From Lingula anatina (taxonomy: Eukaryota > Animalia > Brachiopoda), in assembly GCA_051362555.1 (NCBI GenBank), contig CM120644.1, forward strand, positions 21,598,534 through 21,662,533: a stretch of 64,000 nt of DNA, given 5' to 3'. The first letter of the stretch is position 1. Every line of letters starts with the position of its first letter. A model generated the notes under the pieces. That model was given only the letters and a program-made list of their open reading frames with translations, was not told where the DNA came from and did not search any database. The position numbers were made by a program, and so were the translations under genes. Below are positions 40,973-53,169 of this stretch, one piece after another.

Positions 40973-41599
40973 GATGCAATAGAAAATCACACATTTTTCA
41001 GCTCTTAATGCACAATTTTGATAATAAATATAATCAATTTAAAAAAAAAAAAAATTATTTCATAGTATGTTGATGGGAATTACATGTAAAAATAATGTAA
41101 ATTTTGATTTCAATCTAATACATCAAAACTAAAATCTAATGTACATATGTAACTCAAAGTCACATGCAAATTAAAGATAGCAGCAACGTTTTCCAGAGGC
41201 AACCAAATGTGACAGCAACAAATAAATTTAATCTTTTCAGAGACTATAAAGGTAAAAAGTGTACTTTTAATAAGCCTGGAAAGAGTTTCACTAGTTTCAG
41301 ATCTGTTTATTGTTTGTTAATTATCACAAACAAGATGCTAAATGATGTATAATGACAATCAAGCTAGATGGGCCTTCTATCAGGGACTCAATCCAGACCT
41401 TGCCACTGACAGATGAATGGTAATATATGGCTGTTGGATAGAGATAATTAGAATTAATGTTGACTCCTCGCATTATGGAACGACCAAAACCCAAACTGCA
41501 AGTTGCCGTTTTTACCCAGCATGCAGAGCATAAGCAATTCCTGTTACCACGTACGTTTCAAAATAACTGGACAAGCCCTATCAAAACTATAATTGACTG

Positions 41600-42010
41600 A
41601 AAGAGAATGCCCCACGTTGCTGTTATGCAATGCACATGTTATAGCCAAACACAACAGGTGAAATTGTTTTCTAACTAACGCTAATTGCATAGGAAATGAA
41701 AGTAGAAATCACTGTTGCATTGTTTTTCAGGTCCATTAATCTTGTGTGCCATCTGTGGCCTGTATTAGAGTCTGGGGACATGCCCTCTGGAAACATCTTA
41801 GGCGATTCGGCCTATGTTCTGAGGTCTTGGCTCATGACACCCAAAATACAGTCGGGTAGAAGAGAAAAGGAAGAAAAGATGTGGGGAGAAGAGGAAAAGG
41901 CTGAAGAAAACGGGAGAGCAGAAATGTGAGTTACACTGTTCAATACAGCCCATAAGAAGACATGAATTCTCACCAAGTGCGCTTTTGGGGTCCTTAAGAA
42001 CTGTTTCAGT
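41600..42010 (+). pseudogene. Harbinger transposase relic, family B copy 1 (middle exons)
   Basis: GNILGDSAYVLRSWLMTP...FNTAHKKT*ILTKCAFGVLKNCF. Continues after the HINE at 49016. Confidence 0.85.
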
Positions 42011-45000
42011 TGAATGGTTAATTTTAATTTGTTACTTATACTATGTAAATTTAGTATTACACATTTCTTTCCTTGTGTGAAATTTATTTCAAGTAAAGTA
42101 ATAACAATTACACTGTCATTCCTAGTATTATTACTCTTACGCACAGTTGCTATTATCATAATTAATGTCATTTTTCATAACAAGGCAGCAAAGCTGTCAA
42201 ATGTACAGACAAAAAGCAGGAAATAACAAAATAGGCTACTGTCAATTCTGATACAAAAGTACATTATGTTAAACTGCAAATTCAACATCAAATTTTAATT
42301 ATACTCAACAGGTAATACCAATGTAAGTAAAATGTGTACCAAGCATAAGGCTTCAGGCCCATGGAAGTTCAAGTTCACACTTTGAAAATGTAAAACTTCC
42401 AGAAAAAGAAGTCAATTAGACTGCTTTTTCCAACGTCAGGATGCATTTTAGTCCTGTATTTCTTTTTTGAAAGTTTTGCAATCATAAGTAACATGGTTTT
42501 CTCATAATGGTCATCATGGCAGCAGCATCCAAAATTGTGTTTTCTTCTATTCTGATGCAATATTACATAATGGTTTACAGCATAATGACAATCAATTTTT
42601 AATAAGAAAATATACCTATCATAGATTTTCAGAAAATGTGACTATCATGGGTCTTCAAGCCTGTGGAACTTCAAAGTCACACATTGAAAATGCCAATATG
42701 TGAAAAATTAAATTTTCACAAAAAAATGTTTAACTGGCAGATTGCATTGCCTACTGAAGCTATATTTTAGTCCCATGTTTCTTTCCTGTAAGTTTGAGAA
42801 CAGTAAGTGACATGGTTTTTCTTAAATGGTCATCATAGTAGCAGTGCCCAAAAATAGTTTTTTTTTTCAAATTTTGATGCAATATTACATAATGTTTAAC
42901 AGCATAATGACCATCAATTTCTAATAATAAAATATTAGTATCATGGATATTCAGAAAATGTGACTAGCAAAGGTCTTCTGGCCCATGGAACTTCAAAGTC
43001 ACAACTTGAAAATGCCAAAATGTAAACAAGACAGCACTGTTCTGAAATGTTTTTTTCCACATTTTTAACAATTTTTAACATAAAACAAAATTAACAGTTT
43101 ACTGCCATTTATATATGATCAACTAAAAAAATTGATGAGATGGGAAAAAAATCAATAGAGCAGTGTTAAATGTCCAATTTCTTCCATTCTGAGATTCTGA
43201 ACATAGTGAATGATTGAATCTGACAAACTGCAATGATATGAGTTTATTTCCATTTTTGAAACTTTATTACACAATACACGATAACAAGTTTACCATCATT
43301 TTTACAAAATCAACCAACAATGTTGTAAAGATGCAGGAAATGTCAAACAAACACTTTTACGTATCTTATTAATTAAATAATGAAACTGTTAACATGCCTA
43401 AGAATTGAATCTGAGGAAATGTGAAAAAACAGCATAACTTCTAAAATAATGGGCCGATTATGCTGATTTTCAAACTCAACCTGAGTTTTAGTAAGATTAA
43501 CCACTCCTGTGAGTTTCATGACAATTGGCCTATCTGTTTTTCTTATATTGTGTTAACAGTGTTGTATATATGCTGAAAAGTGAAAAAAACAGCATAACTA
43601 CTAAAATAGTGGCCCGATCATGCCGATTTTCGAACTTGCCCTGCATTTTAGTAAGATTAACCACTCCTGTGAGTTTCATGACAACTGGCCTATATGTTTT
43701 TCTTATATTGTATTAACAGTGTTGCATATATGCTGAAAAGTGAAAAAAAAAAACAGCATAACTTCTACAATAATGCCTTGATCATGTTGATTTACGAACT
43801 TGACCTGCATTTTATGAATATTCATCAGCTCTGTAAATATAAAGCCAAAAAGTAAAACTGTCTTCCACTTATGGTGTTAACGATAAAAGTGCACAGCGAC
43901 GGCAACATGGACTGCGACGACAGATGCAGGTGATGGCAATATGTACATAATAAAATATATGTATCGTGGATTTTCAGAAAATGTGACTAGCATGGGTCTT
44001 CAAGCCCATGGAGGTTCTAAGTCACACCTTGAAAATGCCAATATGTGAAAAATTAAATTTTCACAAAAAACCGATTAACTGCCAGAAAGAATTACCAAAC
44101 AGACTGCATTGCCTAATTAAACTGTATCTTAGTCCCATGTTTCTTTCCTGTAAGTTTGAGAACAGTAAGTGACATGGTTTTCCTTAAATGGTCATCATGG
44201 GAGCAGTGTCCAAAATAGGGGTTTCTTCAAATTTTGATGCAATATTACATAATGTTTAACAGCATAATGACCATCAATTTTTAATAATAAAATATTAGTA
44301 TCATGGATATTCAGAAAATGTGACAAGCAAAGGTCTTCAGGCCCATGTAACTTCAAAGTCACACCTTGAAAATGCCAAAATGTAAACAAGACAGCACTGT
44401 CCTGAAATGTGTTTTTTTCCATTTTTAACAATTGTTTACATATAACAAAATTAACAGTTTACTGCCATTTTTATATGATCAACTAAGAAAATTGATGACA
44501 TGGGAAAAATATCAATAGAACAGTGTTTAATGTCTAATTTCCTCCATTCCGAGTTTCTGAACATAGTGAATGAATTAATCTGACAAACTGCAATGATATG
44601 AGTTTTTTTCCATTTTTGAAACTCTATTATACAATACATGATAACAAGTTTACCATCATTTTTACATAATCAACTAACAAATGTTGTAAAGTTGCAGGAA
44701 ATGTCAAACAAACACATTTACATATCTTATTAGTTAAATAATGAGACTGTTAACATGCCTAAGAATTGAATTTGAGGAAATGTGAAAAAACAGCATAACT
44801 TATAAAATAATGGCCCCATTATGCTGATTTTTGAACTTGACCTGCATTTTAGTAAGATTGATTACTAATGTGAGTTTCATGACAACAGGCCTATCGGTTT
44901 TCCTTGAAATGTGTTAACAATGTTGCATATATGCTAAAAAGTGAAAAAACAGCATAACTACTAAAATAGTGGCCCGATCATGCCGATTTTCGAACTTGAC

Positions 45001-45220
45001 CTGCGTTTTAGTAAGATTGATTACTCCTGTGAGTTTAATGACAACAGGCCTATCGGTTTTCCTTAAAATGTGTTAACAGGGTTGCATATATGCTGAAAAG
45101 TGAAAAAACAGCATAACTTCTACAATAATGGCCCGATCATGCTGATTTTCGAACTTGACCTGTGTTTTATGAATATTCCTCAGCTCTGTAAATATAAAGC
45201 CAAAAAGTAAAACTGCCCTC

Positions 45221-45718
45221 CACTTATCGTGTTAACAAGGAAAGTGCACGGCGCCGGCATCAGCATCGGCGACGGCATCGGCGACGGCATCGGCGACGAC
45301 AGACGCAGGTGATGGCAATATGTACAGACACTTCTGTGTCTGTACATAAAAATCATACTCTTAAGTTAAATATAATAATAAATAACACAGTTTTCTTTTC
45401 ATAATGTTTGCAGTAGCAGTGCAAAAAGATTATTGTCAATTTTGATGTAACATTACATAATAAATTATACACTTATCGTGTTAACAAGGAAAGTGCACGG
45501 CGCCGGCATCAGCATCGGCGACGGCATCGGCGACGGCATCGGCGACGACAGACGCAGGTGATGGCAATATGTACAGACACTTCTGTGTCTGTACATAAAA
45601 ATCATACTCTTAAGTTAAATATAATAATAAATAACACAGTTTTCTTTTCATAATGTTTGCAGTAGCAGTGCAAAAAGATTATTGTCAATTTTGATGTAAC
45701 ATTACATAATAAATTATA
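45221..45718. repeat. 249-bp perfect tandem duplication spanning a HINE terminus and its flank
   Basis: CACTTATCGTGTTAACAAGG at 45221 and 45470, with identical units. Confidence 0.93.
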
Positions 45719-47719
45719 GAATAATTATCACCAATTTTTGATTATTGACTATAAATAGCATGAACATGTAGAAAATTTGATTACCATCCGGCTTCATGTC
45801 CATGGGAGCTCCGAGTCCCACAATGAATATGCCAAAAAGATAATGAATATTTCACTAAAATGAATAACTTCCAGAAAAAGAAGCCCATTAGACTGCTTTT
45901 CCAACTTGGGCTGCATTTTAGTCCTGTGTTTCTTTTTTGAAAGTTTGACAATCATAACGAACACGGTTTTCCCATCATGGTCATCATGGCAGATGTGGAT
46001 GATTGAATCTGACAAACTGCAATGATATGAGTTTATTTCCGTTTTGGACACTTGATTACACAATACATGATAACAAGTTTACCATCATTTTTACATAATC
46101 AACTAACAATGTTGTAAAGATGCAGGAAATATCAAACACACACTTTTACGTATCTTATTAGTTCAATAATGAGACTGTTAACATGCCTAAGAATTGAATC
46201 TAAGGAAATTTGAAAAAACAGTACAACTTCTAAAATAATGGCCCGATAACACTGATTTTCGAACTCAACCTGCATTTTTGTAAGATTGACCACTCCTGTG
46301 AGTATAATGACAATTGGCTAAGCTGTTTTTCTTATATTGTGTTATTAATGTTGCATATATGTTGAAAAAAGTGAAAAAACAGCATAAAAAAATTAAAAGA
46401 AAATGTAAAATAAAACATAACAAAAAATACCAATAAAGCTGCTATTCAAACTTTTAATCTAGCTGTACAATTACTAACATGATATGAATAACCCTATTGA
46501 GTTTGAGAATAATAAGGCACTGTTATTCATCTTTAGCATTAATGTAAGCGTTACACAAATTTTTTTTTGTAAACTTATTTTCCATATTAAATAACATTTA
46601 CCTGCATAATAATCATCGATTCCTAATTATGTGACACAGTTAAGAAAGCTAAACCGATGGGACTTTACAATGAAATCTCAATGTGTGTTTTTGTAATCTC
46701 ATTTAATACCCACTTGAAAATTAATTAAGCAAATTATTTTATAACCCTGAAATAACTTGAAAATCAATTAAGCAAATTATTTTATAACCCTGAATTAACT
46801 GCCTACTATCCATATACATTTATTGCACCAAATAGCACTGTACTGCATTGCTTTCAAAACAGAAAACAATTACGATGGTTTTCCAACACAAGCTGCACTT
46901 CACTCTTTTCAGTAAGGTTGATTATCATAAGTAACATGGTTTTCCCTTAATCGCTATCCTGGCAGCAGTGTCCAAAATAGGGTTTTCTTTAACTTTCATG
47001 CAATATAACATAATACTTAACAGCATAATGACCATCAAATTTTTTATAAAAAAATAAAAGTATCATGGATATTCAGAAAATGTGATATGGAAAGGTCTCC
47101 AAGGACATGGAAGTTAGGGTCACACTTTCAAAATGCCAAAATGTTAACAAGAGATAACTGTACTGAAATGATTTTCTTTCCATTTTCAACACCTTTTTTA
47201 CATAAAACCATCATCAATTAACTGTCATTTTCAAATGATCAACTAGGAAAATTGTTGACATAGGAAAAATATCAATAGAACAATTTATAATGTCCAATTA
47301 GCTCCATTTGGAGATTCTGAACATAGTGAATGATTGAATCTGACGAACTGCAATGATGAGTTCCTTTCCATTTTTGATACTTTATTACACAATGCAGGAT
47401 AATAGGTTTACCGTCATTTTTATATAATCAACTAACAATATTGTTAAGAAGCAGAAAATGTTAAAACAACACTTTAACATATCCAATTAGTACCGTTATG
47501 AGACTGTTAACATGCTTAAGAATTAAATCTGAAGAAAAACCACTTATATACAAAAAGGCTAATAACTTCATCAAAACTTAACTGATCAAGCTTATTTTCA
47601 AACTTGATCTGTATACTGGTCAGATTGATCACTCCTGTGAGTTGCAAGACAAAAGGCTGATTGGTTTTCCTTAAAATGCGTTATCAGTGTTGCATGTATG
47701 CTGAATAAAGGGAAAAAAA

Positions 47720-48840
47720 CAGCATTACTTTTGTAAAAATAGTCCAATCATGCCAATTTTCAAACTTGACCTGCGTATAATAAATATTCACCAGTTCTGT
47801 AAATTTCAATCCAAGGAAAGGAAAAACATTTTTACACTTATCATGTTATCGGTGTTATAAAAGTGCTGAAAAAATTGAAAAAAAAAAAAAAAAAAAAACA
47901 GGATAACTTCCATAAAAATTGCCCGATCTTGCTGATTTTCAAACTTGACCTGCGTATTATGAATATTCATTAGTTCTGTAAGTTTCAAGCCAAATGAAAA
48001 AACAGTTTTCCACTTATTGTGTTATCAGTGCTGCATATATGCTGAAAAAAGTGAAAAAAACAGCATAAATTCCCTAACAATAATCGAATCATGCTGATTT
48101 TCGAACTTGACTTGCGTATTATGAATATTTATCAGTTCTACAAGTTTCAAGCCAAAAGGTAAATTGGTTTTCCACTTATGGTGTTATCGGTGCTGCATAT
48201 ATGCTGAAAAATAGTGAAAAAACAGCATAAATTCCCTAAAAATGACCCAATCATGCTGATTTTCGAACTTGACCTGTGTATTATGAATATTAATCAGTTT
48301 TGTAAGTTTCAAGCCAAAAGGTAGGATGGTTTTCCACTTATCGTGTTATCGGGGTTGCATATATGCTGAAAAAAGTGAAAAAAACAGCATAAATTCCCTA
48401 AAAATGACCCGATCATGCTGATTTTCGAACTTGACCTGCGTATTATGAATATTCATCAGTTCTGTAACTTTCAAGCCAAAAGGTAAAATGGTTTTTCACT
48501 TATCGTGTTATCGGTGCTGCATATATGCTGAAAAAAGTGAAAAAACAGCATAAATTCCCTAAAAGTGACCCGATCATGCTGATTTTCGAACTTGACCTGC
48601 GTATTATGAATATTCATCAGTTTTGTAAGTTTCAAGTCAAAAGGTAAAATGGTTTTCCACTTATCGTGTTATCAGTGCTGCATATATGCTGAAAAAAGTG
48701 AAAAAACAGCATAAATTCCCTAAAAGTGACCCGATCATGCTGATTTTCGAACTTGACCTGCGTATTATGAATATTCATCAGTTCTGTAAGTTTCATACCA
48801 AAAGAAAAAACAGTTTTCCATTTATCGTGTTATCGGTAAA
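47720..48840. repeat. HINE internal satellite-like array, 161-162-bp unit, ~7 copies
   Basis: CAGCATAAATTCCC at 48061, 48223, 48385, 48546, 48707. Related shorter arrays at ~43430-43860 and ~44790-45230. Confidence 0.93.
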
Positions 48841-49015
48841 AGTGCACGGCGACGGCGACGGCGACGACGGCAACGACGGCGACGACAGCGACGACAGCGA
48901 CGGCGACGACAGACGCAGATGATGGCTATATGTACAGACACATCTGTGTCTGTACATAAAAAAGGAAAAAAAAACAATCTGCCCTCAACAAAACTTTATT
49001 TTTTAATGCTTTCAG

Positions 49016-49225
49016 GTGCCTTCACAAGTCAAGAGGGTGCCTGATGTATTCTCCTGAGGCCAGTGCCAACATCATTCTGGCATGTTGCAAGCTACACAAT
49101 TTTTGGATCAGGGAAGGGATATGCCTGATGTTGAGGTGGAGGCTTGTGTTCAAGAGTGTCAAGATGTGCATCTGGGAGAGTACCCAGCTGATGGGATACA
49201 GTGTAGAGAGTGTCTCATTGCTATA
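49016..49225 (+). pseudogene. Harbinger transposase family B copy 1, last exon
   Basis: TTTCAG|..CLHKSRGCLMYSPEASANIILACCKLHNFWIREG. Confidence 0.85.
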
Positions 49226-49486
49226 GTACAATACACCAAATTAAATGACTTTCTGACCAATATTTCAGAATGTGATTCAGCATATTTTTACAGTGAAAGA
49301 TAAAATGTTATTTTCTGAATTTTTTTCTTTATTTCTATTTACAGAGGCAGTTAGGTTGCATCATTCAAACAATGTCTCTGAAGACATTTTTAGATCTTAT
49401 GTTAAAAATTTTCTGAACGGATCACAAGACAGGAGGAAGGAAAAGAGCCGTGAAAGATCTAATTTAAATTATTTGGCTAATTATTC

Positions 49487-50830
49487 TATCTTTGATGAGA
49501 ATGGCTTAACACAAGAGAACATTATTGGATTAACATCAGATGGCACTAGCAACATGACTGGAAATGGAAAGGGGTAATGTTGCCCTATTCAAAAAGGACC
49601 ACTCTCAAAAGTTACCATGGCATTGTCCTGCCCAACATCTCAAGCTGGGCTGGCTTTCACAAAATGTTACGCAATTTGCATACTCACTATAGTTTGCGCA
49701 CTTGCGTTAATTATTTTTTTGAATAACTTTCACGAAACCATTTGCAATTTTCTTCGCTAAGAGCGCACAATGTCGTGACAGGAAGAAACATTGTAATCTC
49801 GAAACCCAATCCTTCGGCAGCAATGGCAAGAAATATAACAACAAATGCTTGTCCTCCATTGCGCTCCGTGTCCATGTGTACAGTTATCGCAATGAAGGAG
49901 CTGACAGGGTTTCCAAAGAAGAGGAGTCATTTTTTCCGACAAAGAAATAGATATTTTCACAAATATGTGATGTTTTATTCCTAAAAACTGGGGAAAGTTT
50001 ACATAAAAAATGAAATAAATTACTGTGATTTATATAGATATATATTGTTATATTCTTTTTTATCAGGATCAACAGTGTCTCCCTAAATATATGGAAATTT
50101 TCAGAGGTGAGAAAGAAATGGTACGACTATTCCAGTTGTACGAAAAGGAAGGAGGCAGAGAGAAGAAGAAAGGAGATGAGGAGGACTGGGGGAGGTCCAG
50201 AACCTCCACAGCTCACAGCTAGGGGGCAAAAAGTAAGTTTATAAAAATATAGTTTAAATTATTATTTTAAAAAAATTGTGTCCTGTGTCTATTATTATTA
50301 TAAAAAATTATTTACGAAACTAATATATTTAATATATTTTGTCCAGGTCATAGAGATCATTGGTGACGTGGCCGTAGAGGGTGTAAGAAGGCTGGAGCAG
50401 AATGACTCTTTCTGCTTTGAATCTGGTACTTCTGGTTATGATTTACTTGATTTATATTCATTCATTGAACTATTATTTTGAAAAAAAAGGGGGGGGAGGG
50501 GACTTTGCACAATTTGCAAAATGTTTCGTGAAAGCGGGGCCCTGGCCCTGAAGGATGCTATATGAAAAACTGCATAATTGATAAGATAACCTCCAGTTGG
50601 AAGAGCTCAATGAAGTTTTATCTACAGGGCTTTCAAAGGTGTGGCCCTAATGGGAGCCATTCCAAAGATGAAACACAGGGCCAAAATGGTCGCACACTTA
50701 CGCCAAGTAATCACAGACAGTTTTGTTACTTTTCCAGATAAAGTGTTTATGTCTATGAAAGTGTTAGGTGGAGGTAAAGACGAGGAGGATATAGGAAAAC
50801 CACCAGCTAAAATACCTTGGAGCATAGGTG
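49487..50830 (+). pseudogene. hAT (ZNF862-like) transposase relic interrupted by a Harbinger element
   Basis: IFDENGLTQENIIGLTSDGTSNMTG..KGV. Removing 49648-50544 restores HCPAQHLKLALKDAI, the hAT CxxH motif region. Confidence 0.8.
49648..50541 (+). mobile_element. Non-autonomous PIF/Harbinger element with Myb/SANT-like gene relic; TSD CTG
   Basis: TIRs GGCTGGCTTTCACAAAATG / ATGTTTCGTGAAAGCGGGGCC, with CTG at 49645-49647 and 50542-50544. Exons encode TKRKEAERRRKEMRRTGGGPEPPQLT and VIEIIGDVAVEGV. Confidence 0.85.
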
Positions 50831-51076
50831 TTGTTTGTCTGAAGTCAGTTGTGAAAATCCTTCAATTTTATCTAAAATAGACTATGCAAAAGAACAGGTG
50901 GCCCAGTGCTTCACTACTCTCTATTCACAGCGGGGGCCATTCTGATTATAAGACAGTGAGTCAAAAAATTGTATCAGCTGTTGACGTTTTTGATGACATA
51001 TGGTCTAGCTTTTATCATTTTCACTTTAGGAAAGGTTTTGTTGAAAGAATTAAGAGAGGATTTTAATGGACGATCT

Positions 51077-53135
51077 CAGTGTTCATTCTAGGATGCGCCC
51101 TTGCGTCATTGACGCAGAAAAAATGTGATTGACGCATTTCGTAGAGTGAGCTGCGCCAACAAAATTCAAGAGAATTAACAGCGGCGCATTTTTGTGTTCT
51201 AAACGCGCCCTCCAATTCAGCAAATTCACGGCCGAAGTTTGATTGTTAACTCGACTTCTCTTGACATCAAGATCTAATGTTAAACGTAACGAAGATATTC
51301 TTTACGCGTCGCAGTTTTAACAAAGATCTTAATTTATGCTGACGTCATGCGCTTTATGCTAATCAGTGGCGATCGCCCCTCCTTTCCTGAATCCCTGATA
51401 GGCTGAGAATTGTCCATGTAAGTCAATTTGATCAACCCGTACATTGTGCATGACGGCGGAGAAAGCAAAATGGTATTTTAAGTTTTTAAAAGAAAATCGA
51501 TCCCGAAGATCACGCTAAAACGGCTCAGAACAGTAGCGACGGAGATGGTCATGATCATGCACAGCAGACATTCCCACCAGAAAAGAGAACAAAAGTTTGT
51601 GCAGCCGTCACGACTGCTGATACCGCGTCGAATAGCAATGCAACTTCCAAGGTCGTTTCAAAAATGGTGGAGAAATACTTACAAGTGACTTGTACACGAC
51701 GATAATGCTTATGCATTGAAAAAAAGGACAATATCTTCTTTCAAGGGACTAATAAATTTCGAACGAGTATCCTTATGTGACATGAGACGTCCGCTGCCAT
51801 GCAAGAAACGTCGGAAGCAGCTCAAGCTAAACAGACTTTTTGCAGAGCTTTAGAAGGTAAGATATTATTTTTTTGTCAATATTTATTTAAACACAGAGCA
51901 ATAGACATCAAAGTGATTATCGTGACGGTCCCGGACCCACGTGTTGTAATTATATTTGTGCAGTTTGAGGAACTCTTGACAGTGCATTCTGGGATATCGC
52001 AATGCTGAACAACTATGTAAACAATGTGTTTGCTGCGTCGCATTGACATAGGGCGTCAAGCTCATGTTATTTCCCTGAACCTTATTTTTTGTATATATAG
52101 GTAAAAATTTTCACATTCATTGTTCATAATTTTATTGTGTTGAGAAATTTGGTCTCAGTTGATGGTGATTAAGGGAAAAATAAAGTAAGGGATAGTGTGC
52201 TGGAGTATTCTTTGTGGATACCTTCAACACTACTTAACATTTTATGTAGGTTTTTATGCCCAAATTAAAATTTAATTGTAACTTTTATAACATTTCTAGG
52301 TAGAGATGGAGCAATCATGGCAGTGGTGAAATCAGTTTACTGGATTGTTTAAGAGGGCATTGCAATTCACAAGTTCGGAAGGACTTAAATGTTGTCTGGT
52401 ATACCTGGCAGCTAAATTGAAGAATTTCTCCTGAAAGTGGGGAAAAGGTCATCGTAAATTCTCCAGGGACCACCTTGTGACTTATGCTAATTATGAGAAA
52501 CAGTGCAAGGCAATACAGTGTCAATTCATTGACAATCTCATTAACAACATCAAAAAAAGGAACAATTCTCAGTGATTTTTAGTAAGACCTATGTCTCTGC
52601 TGTCGAAATATGTGTGATATCATTCTCAATCTGGTAGCTTTTTATCAACGAATTATATATCATTATCAGGGATGAGACAATTAATTTCATAAGTCATGAA
52701 TGCATGCCAGTTAGTCAAGGGTCATTGATAATGGGACAGAGGACAGAAGAGGTAAAATTAAATGGATTTTTCATAAAGTGAAGCCAAAAATGGGTTTAAA
52801 ATGTTGTTATAGTAAGAACTTGGTTATTGGTGAATAAATCGTGAACATATTTTAGTGTTATCTTATACTTGTTAACAAAAATTGGAGCGTCAACTCAAGG
52901 GTTTTGTTTTAGAAAATTGGGATTACTTATTGAATTTGATCAACTATAAGTCAACATATTTTTATAATAAATTTTTTTCATCTCTGAACATAAATACTAC
53001 AGCAGTAAAACAACATGCGTTACATATTGTAATTTCAAGATTTGAACAAGGGCCCACTTTAAAATGTAATGACCCACTTTTTTTAATGTTGGGGGCCATT
53101 TGTCCCACATTGAAACATTCCTAGAATGAACACTG
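51077..53135 (+). mobile_element. Internally deleted hAT-like DNA transposon with 16-bp TIR and 6-bp TSD CGATCT
   Basis: CAGTGTTCATTCTAGG ... CCTAGAATGAACACTG, with CGATCT at 51071-51076 and 53136-53141. CpG-rich left end and TTF-zinc-finger-like relic FKGLINFE/GTNKFRTSILM*HETSAAH at ~51740-51800. Confidence 0.85.
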
Positions 53136-53169
53136 CGATCTCACTAAAATGCTTAATGTTATAATGACA

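Larger units (their letters stand above)
42179..48957 (-). mobile_element. Composite HINE (Helentron-type non-autonomous), 6779 bp, with several internal terminal hairpins and 161-162-bp tandem repeats
   Basis: Same termini as 6624-8123. Empty site TTTTTCAT|AAAAAAGGAAAA at ~57778. Internal hairpin ends at ~43948 (collapsed), ~45347 and ~45596. (GACGGC)n microsatellite at 48848-48910. Confidence 0.9.

Noticed and set aside
41350-41595. LINE ORF2 C-terminal remnant (..LPRT..NW..)
   Set aside because: Similarity is too short and needs several frameshifts.
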